This document shows, piece after piece, positions 22,990-33,320 of a stretch of DNA of 64,000 bases. Position numbers and translations under genes: made by a program. The stretch is from Felis catus (Eukaryota): positions 15,004,001-15,068,000 of the forward strand of contig NC_058382.1 of the NCBI RefSeq assembly GCF_018350175.1, in the 5' to 3' direction. A model generated the notes under the pieces. It was given only the letters and a program-made list of their open reading frames with translations. It was not told the DNA's origin and searched no databases. How positions within the stretch are numbered: position 1 is the first letter of the stretch; every line of letters begins with the position of its first letter.

Positions 22990-25930
22990 TGATTCATTTG
23001 TTCATTCCATGAACATCTGTTCATTGAATACTTACTATGTGTCAGGCACTGGTGTGGACGGGGTGGTGTGTAATATACAAAAGAAACAATAACTCTTCCT
23101 CATGGTGATTATAATGCAGTTAGGGAGACAGGCAATAAACAAAGTAAAGTAGATTATATATACTTGTGTGTGTGGTGTGTTGAGGTGATAGGAGCTTTAG
23201 AGAGGTATAGGACAAAGGAAGGGGGTGTAGGTGGTGGTCAGGAGGCCCTGAAATTGTAAACAAGGCGGCCAAGGATGGTCTCATGGAGAAGTTGACATTT
23301 GAGCAAAGACTTGAAGTCTGGAGGTGAGCCTAGAAATCCTCTGGATCCGGGTGGCAGGAACAGCCCATGCGAAGGGCCTGGGGTGTGGGGGCCGGTGTCG
23401 CTGGGCAGAGGGGGGTAAGGGGGAGATGAGGGCAAGGAGGTGATGGGGGCAGACTGTGTGGGAGCTTGTGGGCCACAGTGAGGACTCTGCCTTTACTCTG
23501 AGCGAGGTGGAGCCCGAGGCGGGGGGGGGGGGGGGTGGGCCCTGAGCAGGACAGGGACAGGACCTGACTCGGGTGCTCACCCCGACCTGGCTACTAGTGA
23601 GGAACAGACACCTGGGGAAAAAAACAGGGAGACAGTGATGAGCCGGGTGGGAAGTGTACGAATGGGCAAGATTCCCCAAGGGAGTGAGTGGTGATGGAGA
23701 ATACAGGAGGTTCAAATACCAGTCCCCGACGTTGCCAGATCAGAGGGAGGATGGACAGTCAAGGAGACTCAGCAGGAGGCACCAGGCAAACTCGGAGGGG
23801 TCCAGAGGTTGTGGGGCTTGGAGCCAAGTGAAGAGGGAATAACCCTCTGTGGCAAGTGCTGCTCAACAGGTCCAGCAAGGTGAGGACTGAACTCTGACTT
23901 TGATTTAGCACCGAGGGGGTCACTGGTGACCTGGGCATGTCAGGGGGGCGAAGCCTGATGAGACAAGATTTAAGAGAGAACAGAAGTAGAAAATATGGAG
24001 GCAGAGACTGGAGACAGCTTTTTTTGAGAAGTTTTACCATAAAGAGGAGCAAAGAGGGGTGCCTGGGTGATTCAGTCGGTTAAGCATCCTACTTCAGCTC
24101 AGGTCATGATCTCACGGTCCGTGGTTTCGAGGCTCCCGTCGGGCTCTGGGCTGATGGCTCGGCGCCTGGAGCCTGCTTCAGATTCTGTGTCTCCTTCTTT
24201 CTCTCTGCCCCTCCCCTGCTCATGCTCTGTCTTTCTCTCTGTCTCTCAAAAATAAGTAAGTGTTAAAAAAATTTTTTTAAAGAAAAACATTTAAAAATTA
24301 AATTTAAAAAGAGAGAGAGAGAGAGAGGGGAGCAAAGAAATGGGGCCAGAGCTGAAAGGGGAGGTGAAGTGAAGAGAGGGTTTGTTTTCAGACGAGAGGG
24401 ATGACTGTGTGGACTGCTGAGAATGATCCAGTGCGAAGGGGGAATCCAAGGCGTGGCAGAGAGTGAGGAGAACTTGAGACTGAGGCCTGGAGTGAGTGGG
24501 AGGGGTGGGAGCAGGCTGGGGAGGGGGGGGGGGCTGGGGGCGGGGGCTGACGTTTGCAGAGCAATCAGGGGAAAGCACAGAGGCCACGGGGCAGGGAGCT
24601 GGTAGATTGGGTGATGGGTACCTGTGAAAGTTCACTTCTCATTGCTTGTATTTTTTTCTGCAAAATAAGAAAGCAAGGGGAAAGTGAAGAGGTGGAAGGC
24701 AGGGTGTGATAAGCTAGGCTAGCGCTGGGGGAGAAGGTGCGAAATAGTTATGTATAGAGAGGAGGAGCCTGTGGATAAGAGAAATGGTCTCTGCTTGCCG
24801 GGCCGGGCTGGGCTGGCCCGTGTGGGTCAAGTTCACAACCTTGAAGTGAGACCAGCCAGTGGAGTTGTGTGTCCTTTGGCGACCTTAAAGTGGGTAGGCA
24901 GGGGGCTGATTGAACCAAGGTCACGTGTCGGAGGAAGCCGGAGGCCAGGATGTATGCAAAGAATGTTTTTAACGAGTATCTGAGCAGTTTAAACTGGATA
25001 AGGAAGACACGAGGACTTGGGGGGCGGTGAGGGGCAGTGAAAAGGAGGTAGACACAAAGGATGGGGGAATCACAGTGGGCTGGAAGGATTGTGGGGGTCT
25101 GGGGCACTGGAAGGAAAGAGCTGGAGAGAGAAAGGGTGATGGTTGGCAAGGAGATTGAGGTCTTGAAGAATCTGTGGTTATTGAGACAAGGTCTAGGTGT
25201 GACCATAGAAGGGAGAAGACAGCAGGTCAGAGAACAGAGAGGCCGGTGGCCCAAGGAAGGATCACATACCTGGATGTGGAAATGACCAGGGATGTTGAGA
25301 AGAGCAGCGTGAGTGGCAGTGAGCCTGAAGCTAAAGTCATGAAGTGAGTAGCGATCTGGGTCAGCAGATGATGCACAAGGCGGCCTAATGAACCGCCTAT
25401 TCTGATGACACGGGAATCATAGCTGGGGAGTTTGAGGGGAGGATGGGAGAATGGTCTGGAAGTAGCACCAAGGAGCAAGATTCACCCATTTGGAAGGGCC
25501 ACAGGAGAGCTGGGTTTTGGTGAGAGCAAGATGACAAGAATGTTCAGCGAAGAGAGCGAGGAAATGGGTTTTGCTGACGACAGTTCAGAAGTTTCAAAGG
25601 CCCAAGGAGTTGGGAGCCGGCTGGGCGATGGGGGTGGAGATGGTTTCCTCCTCGGTGGGTTTTTGTGCGCGTTCGTGGTCATACACGTAAACTGACTAGC
25701 CTGACTCAAGTGCACCGGCCAGACATGGAAGCCGTGGTGAGCGGTAGTGGGGGTCATGGTCAGACCAGGGGTATTTTGCTCAAGGGGGAAAGGTGGGAAA
25801 CCGATCGCCCCAGAGCCAGTGAACGGTCAGGAAATAGGTACCCGGTTTTCACGGCCCTAGCAGCCCCTGGTCCTCCACCGGAGCTGGTGGGGTCACGGTC
25901 AAGCTGCAGGGACCTTGCGTCCTGGGAGAG
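22990..25930 (-). mobile_element. Long L2 relic with a Can-SINE at 24056-24317 (5' extent uncertain)
   Basis: L2 3' end in reverse (TTCATT..TACTATGTGTCAGGCAC) then continuous purine-rich L2-like text; it resumes across the SINE at AGAGGAGCAAAGA. Confidence 0.65.
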
Positions 25931-25997
25931 ATGAAGGGAGGCCACATTGCCCTGACCTGCTGACCCCTCTCAACCCGCAGGATTCCGGCGGCCTGAG

Positions 25998-26343
25998 ATG
26001 GGCGCCCGGCCTTCGCGGCGGCGGCTGCCCGCGGACCAGCCCATAGCCTTGGACGCGCTGCCCCCGGAGCTGCTCGTGCAGGTGCTGAGCCACGTGCCGC
26101 CGCGCGCATTAGTGACGCGCTGCCGCGCAGTGTGCCGCGCCTGGCGCGACGTGGTGGACGGGCCCACCGTGTGGCTGCTGCAGCTAGCCCGCGACCGCAG
26201 CGCCGAGGGCCGCGCACTCTACGCCGTGGCCCAGCGTTGCCCGCCCAACAACGAGGACGAGGAGTTCCCGCTCTGCGCCCTGGCGCGTTACTGCCTGCGC
26301 GCACCCCTCGGCCGCAACCTCATCTTCAACTCCTGCGGAGAGC
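25998..26343 (+). CDS. FBXO17: FBXO17 coding exon 1 (F-box)
   Basis: ATG 25998; acceptor at 25980; donor C|GTGCGT. Confidence 0.95.
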
Positions 26344-29300
26344 GTGCGTGCCGGGGGCGGAGCCAGGGGCGGGGCCGGGGAGACCGGAGCATTGTAGGGG
26401 GGGGGGGGGGCCGAGCCAGGCTTAGTGGGCGTGGTCAGGATAATGAGGCGGGGCGGGGCCGGGCAGGTAGCCAGGGGGCGTGGCCGAGGGCAGAGCAGGG
26501 TGGTGGGGGGAAAGAGATGGACTGGGGCGGGGGGTGGGGGCAGGTGCTGTGGGCAGTGAAGGGAGACGAACTGGATGGGCGAGAAAGCTGGAGGAGCCAA
26601 GAGTCGCGCCCTGGCAGGAATGACACGTGCTTGGACTGTAGACACAGTGGGCGGAGTTAAGGGGGAGGACTGTGGGAAAGCCAATTGGGTGGCTGGCGGG
26701 GGCGGAGCTTGCATGGATATATGAAGCCGCATTGAGAGCCTGTGGGGAGGGGGAACTGAGCGAGTGGGCGGGCCCAAGGCAGGGGCAGCCAGGAGGCTGC
26801 TGTAAGAGGGGGTGGGACCTTGATGGCAAGAGCCCGCAGTTAGGGCTCTTCATTTACCCAAGTGGGTAAATGAAGTAGATGAAGGGAGACAGAACTGGAG
26901 GCGGGGCCGAGTGGGGCTGAGGGCGAGTTGAGTGGAAGGGCAGGGCTAAATGACGCGGTGGTAGGGTGGGAACAGGAATGCCCGCGTCTGGGAGGCGGGG
27001 CCAGAGTGGAAGAAACCGGGGGCGGAGCGCAGGAGGGAGGAGTCGATGGGCGGGGCAAGCTGAGCTGTGGCGGGCGGTCGGCTGGGCGAGCGGCAGGTGA
27101 ATTCCTCGACTTCAAGGTTGTTGTATCCCACAGAGGGCTTCAGAGGCTGGGAGGTGGAGCACGGCGGGAATGGCTGGGCCGTGGAAAAGAACCTAACACT
27201 GGTGCCGGGGGCTCCTTCCCAGACCTGCTTCGTGACTTCTTTCCAGTGAGTGGCCCCTGATCCCTGGGGCAAGGGCCTTGAGTTGGGAAGGGGACCCTAC
27301 CTACATCCTCTCTTTCCCTCATTGATTTACTCAGTCAAATATTTGTTGAGGGCCTGCCAGTACCAGGCCCTGTTTTATATGCCAGAGAGATACCAGGAAA
27401 ATTCAGAAATGCAGTGGGGGAGACATTAAACACATAAAACAGTGAAATAATAATGACAACAAAACGACAAACATTTACATATAACTCTTTGAATCCTGGC
27501 AACAGCCCTGTGACACAGATAGTATGATTATCTCCACTTTATAACAGGCACAAAACGTAGCCAACATCTAGTAAATGGCGGAGCTGAGATCTGGGCCCAG
27601 GTGGTCTGGCGCCAGAGCTTCCGATGGTGATAAGTTCTATGAAGACATCAGAACAGTTGACTGGTTGATTCTCTCTATTCTCCTACCTCTTACCCATTTT
27701 CCTTGTTCCCTCCTCCCATATTCAACCATTCTCATGTGGCATCATCCAGCTCGCTAGTAGTTGCCAGTATATTGGGCATGAAGTGATGTCTCATTGACGT
27801 TTTAATTTGCATGTTTTGATTTACTAATAATTAAGCATCTCTCCAAGTGCTTGTTAGCCTTTTGGAATCCCTCTTTTGGAAATTGCCCATTCATCTTTTC
27901 TATTAGGGTTGATGTCTTATTCTTGTTATACGAGAATTCCTCATATATTTTAGCCCCTTGTCCGTCCTGGCCATCTACTATCTGTATCAACTGTGTCCCT
28001 GGTGTTCTTGGTTGTTATTTTCACATATCAAATGCATCGCTTGTTTGCTTTAGAATGTGTTTTTGAAATTTTGGGTAAAAAAAACCAGTCCCTACCCAAC
28101 AGTATTCTCTCATAGTCTCTTCTAGTAGCCTCATAGTTTTATCTTTCACATTTAGATCTTTAATCCACCTTTGAATACGGCGTGCCGCTTCTATCGCTAA
28201 CGAAGTTGCCAAATATACCTAGGTCTGTCCCCGAGCACTCTGTTCTCTTCCACTACGCTATTTCTATTATGACGGCATGTTCAAATTAGGGGGGACTGTT
28301 TACAGAGGGGTAGGCAGACCACAGGGGAGACTGCGTGAACCTTAGGCTAGTCACAGTGAGGGGAAGGGGCATTACCAGCCCTGGGCCTGACAAAGGTAAG
28401 GGGAGGACGCAGCTCCTAAACCTGAGACAGAGAAGGCTGTGAGGAGAGGGTCCCGTGGAGCTGTATCCTTTCATGAAGAGATGTAACAGTCCCACGGTGA
28501 TCCATTGGGAGGGAGCCAGGAGGCCACATAACCTGATTTTACTCTCCTCTCTCCCTTCCCTCCTGCTAGAGCTTCCCATCTGGGAAGTGGGACCCATCTG
28601 GGACCCAACAGGAAGGGGAGAGTAAGGGAGACCAGTCCACACAGGCAGTACACCCTCAGACTTGGGCCTCCGCACTTTAGGAGACTCCAGGATTGCCTGC
28701 TCAGTGTTGAGCATCCATTTGTACTCCTGTCGCAGTCCCCACAAATGTTAGGGACATACAGGTCAGCCTGTATCCGGAGCCTAGAGCCTGGTGGAGAATG
28801 GTGGAGGGGATGTGAGAGGCCAATGGGATCGCCCCGCCCACCATATATCTTGTCTAGTAGAGCAAACCCCAAGGGAGGCTTCTTGGAGGAGGTGATTTCT
28901 GGGCTGTGACTTTCTGCCTCATCCCTTCACCATCTCCTCTTTCCAGATGGTGCTTCAAGAGGCAGCTTGTGGACTTGGTGATGGAGGGGGTGTGGCAGGA
29001 GCTGCTGGACAGCGCCCAGATCGAGATCTGTGTGGCCGACTGGTGAGGAAAGAATGGCAACCTGCCCCAAGCGTCACCCGTGGTGGCAGCAGTCGCGCAG
29101 AAGGGGTTCACCTGGGCCCCCATCAACCCCCTGGGCTGGCCACTGCTACTGTGCTCCTGGAGTGAGGCTGAGGGGGGGGAAGTGATGCTCTCACAGTGGC
29201 AGAGGCAGGGAGGGGCAGGGTTTTGATGAGCCCAGAACCCCACTCTGCACTCTTCCCTGTCCCCCGTCAGCAGGCCCCAGGGTTGTTGACATGGGGGCCA

Positions 29301-29583
29301 TTGGCCGGTGCCCCATCTCGCCCACTCCTCCCTCATCGCCCACACTCAGTACGGACCCGAAGGGTCTGTGGACACCCAAGGCCCCAGGAAGGTTTGGAGC
29401 ACTGTGCCCTGAGAACTGAGACTCAGGGGGGCAGAGTTGGGATGGAGGCAGCGGTTCCAGAGCACTCGGGCTCTTTCTTCAAGCTCTCACTCCTCCATCA
29501 AAGTCTGGTTTCTTCCCTGGGGCTCTGGCTCCTCCCCAGAAATACCCAGGCTTCTCCTCCCCTGGGGGCGGTGGTTCCTCCCA

Positions 29584-29619
<36 letters not shown>

Positions 29620-30891
29620 ACAAAGCCTCTAGAATCCACCCCAGGGGCACCCAGGCTCTTCCCCGCAAATTCCCAGGACTTGATCTCTCCATGTGCAGGG
29701 TGGGTGTGTGCGACCCTCACCCAAGTGCAGGGAGGCTTAGTCCTCAGCCTCCCTCTCCCCGCCCCAGAGACCGGGTGGGTGGCGGGGACATCAAGGCTCA
29801 CCACGACCTGGCAGGTGGGGTGCCCGCGAGAACTGTGGCTGCATCTACCGGCTCCGGGTCCGCCTCCTGGACGTGTACGAACACGAAGTGGTCAAGTTCT
29901 CGGCCTCCCCCAACCCGGTCCTTCAGTGGACTGAGAGAGGCTGCCGACAGGTGGGTCCAGACTGCCTTGTGCCAGGCACAAGAGGCCACATCTTGTAGGA
30001 GTGCAGTTATATGAAATGTCCAGAATAAGCAAATCCCTACAGAGAGAAAGCAGACAGACTAGCGATCGCCAAGGCTAGGGGAAGGGAGGGATTGGAAGTG
30101 ACAGCTAACGGATATGAGGCTTCTTTCTGGGCTGATGGAAATGTTCCAGAATTAGATAGTGGTGATAGTTACATAACATTGTGAATATAGGTAAAAGCCA
30201 CTAAATTGTGCAGTTTAAATGGTGCATTTTGTTAGGTGAATATTATCTCCGTAAAAAAGTTTTGCAAAGGATAAGAAGTGCCAGAAGCCAAAGTTCTTCC
30301 GTGGCCTACGAGGCCCCACGTGATCTGCCCCTTACCTCGCTGACCCATCTCCTGTTCTCTCGTTTGCTCCAGATACACTTCTACCCCAGGGCCTTTGCAC
30401 TGACCGTTCCTCTGTTCCAAACACTCTTTGTCTCTGTCCTAATCCCCGCATGGCTCTCTCCCCTCCTTCGGGTTTCTGCCCTAGTGTTGCCTTAGTGATG
30501 CCTTTGCTCACTCACTTTACAACCCCACCCTCCTGCATACCTTACCCTCTGCCTCTTACCCCCAGCTGTCTTCAGGGTCTGAGTCCCCGACTAGACTGTC
30601 AGGTTCACCAGGTTGTTCTTCGCTGCTGTAGCCCCAGCACCTAGAGCAGGGCCTGGTACCTACTTGATCCTTGGGGAGTGCCTGTTGAGGTGGAGGAAGA
30701 CAGGGCCCCCCAGCTCCTCAACCTCCCGCTCTCCTTCCCCATTACAGGTGTCTCATGTCTTCACCAACTTTGGCAAGGGCATCCGATACGTGTCTTTCGA
30801 GCAGTATGGGAGGGACACGCGTTCCTGGGTAGGGCACTACGGCGCCCTCGTGACCCACTCCAGTGTGAGGGTCAGGGTCCGCCTGTCCTAG
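25998..30891 (+). CDS. FBXO17: F-box only protein 17 (F-box + FBA lectin domain), 277 aa, 5 coding exons
   Basis: Exons 25998-26343, 27134-27245, 28947-29042, 29815-29950, 30748-30891 total 834 nt, all GT-AG, open frame; [50 protein letters not shown] matches recalled human FBXO17. Confidence 0.96.
27134..27245 (+). CDS. FBXO17: FBXO17 coding exon 2
   Basis: cag|AGGGCTTC..TTCCA|gtgagt; [19 protein letters not shown]. Confidence 0.95.
27780..28260 (-). mobile_element. Old L1 fragment
   Basis: TTTAATTTGCAT..AAGCATCTCTCCAAGTGCTTGTTAGCC..TTTCACATTTAGATC. Confidence 0.7.
28947..29042 (+). CDS. FBXO17: FBXO17 coding exon 3
   Basis: ttccag|ATGGTGC..GACTG|gtgagg; [21 protein letters not shown]. 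Confidence 0.95.
29585..29620. repeat. (CA)n microsatellite
   Basis: Direct reading. Confidence 0.95.
29815..29950 (+). CDS. FBXO17: FBXO17 coding exon 4
   Basis: gcag|GTGGGGT..CGACAG|gtgggt; [19 protein letters not shown]. Confidence 0.93.
30000..30610. mobile_element. L1ME 3' fragment followed by an L2 3' fragment
   Basis: TTAGATAGTGGTGAT..CACTAAATTGTGCA; CCCAGGGCCTTTGCAC..CCCAGCACCTAG. Confidence 0.65.
30748..30891 (+). CDS. FBXO17: FBXO17 last coding exon
   Basis: tacag|GTGTCT..TCCTAG; [23 protein letters not shown]. Confidence 0.95.
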   Translation: MSHVFTNFGKGIRYVSFEQYGRDTRSWVGHYGALVTHSSVRVRVRLS

Positions 30892-31091
30892 CCGACCAGC
30901 CTGAGCCAGCCTTCCAGAGTGTACTGCCGTCTGCCAGACGTCATCAGTCAAAGACAGCTTTGCAGTCGGGAGCCGGATGCCTGTGGACAGTGAGGGTCCC
31001 GTGTGGCCCATTCCTGGCACACCTCCAGTGAACCCCACTTGCTGCTGCTTCAGCACGGTGTCACACATGCTGTGCAAGAAACCAGGGACCT

Positions 31092-31310
31092 AGGGCGCCT
31101 GGGTGGCTCAGTAGGTTGAGTGTCTGCCTCTTGATCTCAGCTCAAGACGTGACCTCGTGGTTTGTGAGATCGAGCCCTGTGTCGGGTTCCGCGCGGACAG
31201 TGCAGAGCCTGCTTGGGATTCTCTCTCCCTCTCTCTGCCCTCCCCTCGCTCATGCTCTCTCTCTCAAAATAGATAAAATAAAAAAGAAAGAAACAAAAAG
31301 AAACCAGAGA
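31092..31310 (+). mobile_element. Sense Can-SINE in FBXO17 3' UTR
   Basis: TSD-like AAGAAAACCAGGGA / AAGAAACCAGAGA; AATAAA in tail at 31277-31282. Confidence 0.88.
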
Positions 31311-32639
31311 TCCAACAAGACCGCTCACAGCTTTCTGGGGTAGAGGGTGGGGAGTCAGGGGGTAATCAGAGAGGTTTCCTTTGCAAATTATTTGCTTAGA
31401 TACGTGGACATCCGTTGGCAGCCGGGGTCAAAAAACAGGCCAAACCAGGATTTCTAATCGTAGGGAAAGCTGCTGACCGTTCTGGGGTAAGCCAATCGCT
31501 AGCAGGGAGTTGGGAGTCAGGGTGGTCTGTCCTTGAGGTGACCAACAGGGACATCAAAAGGAACCCTTTCTGTAGTTTGGGGAGTCTCTGGGGTTCAGCT
31601 GTGGGGCCCTGGGCAACCTCTGTGGGCACCACCCATCGGCACCTGCCCTTTGGACCAGGCTGGGGCCACTCCTTTCAGAATTCCTGAGTCCCTGCGGATC
31701 CCCAAACCACGTCCCCCACCCCGCCTCCCACCTCAGGCGCAGCTCCCCTCCTGCGGGGCAACATACCGCTGAAGCCAGCGTGCCACAAGGGAGAGCGCTC
31801 CTGCCAGCCTCCCCTCGTGTCTCCTGCCATCTCCCCGGCTGGGCACAGCCAACACACTGGCTCCATAAAATTGGTGCGACACGTGAAGGGATGGGGGACC
31901 GTTGTCTGTAGTCAATGCCCCGTCGGCCCCCAGCCCTGATCCTAAGAGGCCTTGTGGGATATCTCCAGCCGTGAGAACTTCAGGAGGTGTGCTAAGCTCC
32001 ATGCAGGCCCTGTTCTTTAGTCCAGGAGGAAACAGGCTCAGAGCTTACATGACCTGCCCAAGGTCACCTGGGCAGTAAGCAGGGAAGGCAGGACTTGCAC
32101 AGAGCCGTGAGAAGGACGACTCCCAAATCTTAAAGTCGAACACGGTCAAACGCGTGATCAGGTGAGGTCAGTATCGCTCCCGGTGCCACTTCCTGAGGGA
32201 GGAAACTGAGGCCCAGCGCGGGAACAGCGCGAAGTCACACAACAAGGGGGGAGAGGCAGGATTCAGATCCAGGTGGGGGTGGAGTCTGAAAATAACCTAG
32301 GAGAGCAGCTCCCATGTGGGCAGCAGCGCATCCCGACCGATCCTTTCAATGTCCCTTCCACAGATGGGGAAGCTCGAGGGCCGGGCTCTCTTTGCACAGA
32401 TCCTGGGCCTGCGGGGAAGGGAACAGGGTGGTCCCAGCGCTGCCTACCAGCAGCTTAAAGTAGGGGCGCATGTGTTATGCACTTAGAGCATTGAATTTAT
32501 ACCAAGAAGGGGGATATGTGAGTGGAGCTATTTTCTGGAGGAAATCGAGGCCCACGGGGGATGTCAGAGGTTAATACCACGCAGAGGGTAAATACCGTGC
32601 AGGAGGGTTCACATCACAACCATGGGGGAAGGGGCGTTT

Positions 32640-32645
32640 TTTATT
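32640..32645 (-). terminator. MRPS12 poly(A) signal
   Basis: TTTATT (AATAAA on minus) ~305 nt after the stop. Confidence 0.7.
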
Positions 32646-32949
32646 GCCATTCCTCCCCAGCAGATGGCAGTACAGAGCCAGGGCCTTATCCCAACAGAAG
32701 AGGCCCCCCCCCCCGCCGGAGCCACCGCTCTACAGGGAAGGCAAGGGTGTGGCCAGGGGGTGCCTCTTCCCAATTCACACCCGGAACCCCCACAGGCAAG
32801 CAGTGTTCCAGGTGGAAGAGGCGAGGCCAGGATTTGAATCAAGGACCAGGCTCTTCCAGGGCTGGGATAGCTTCCCAAGGACTCCACAGGCACCCGGAGA
32901 GGAAGGGTCTCGTTCTGGGGGAAGCCCCGGCCGCCGGCGGCCCCGGCGG

Positions 32950-33320
32950 TCACTTCTTCTTCTGCACGTGGCCACAGTCGTACTTGCCGCGCACGATGGT
33001 GAGCTTCACGCCGGGCAGGTCCTGGGTGCGGCCGCCCTTCACGAGCACGACGTGGTGCTCCTGCAGGCTGTGGCCCTCTCCGGGGATGAAGCACACGGCC
33101 TCTCGGCCGGTGCTGAGCCGCACGCGGCAGCATTTGCGATTGGCCGAGTTGGGTTTCTTGGGCTTCCGGATGAACGTGCGCAGAACCACGCCCTTCAGCT
33201 GCGGCCGGCCCTCCGTGGGGCCCGGAGGGGCAGGCGGCCGCTTCGGAAGCCCCCGGCGGTGCATCTGGTTCAGGGTGGCCATGGGGCGGGCGGCCCCGAG
33301 CCGCGGGACCAGGGCTAGGC
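32950..33320 (-). CDS. MRPS12: MRPS12 last coding exon
   Basis: Acceptor TCTCCAG at 33321; TGA at 32952-32950. Confidence 0.96.

Noticed and set aside
26344-26660. Extension of the FBXO17 F-box ORF to 220 aa
   Set aside because: Read-through of a clear donor into a G-rich intron; homology resumes at 27134.
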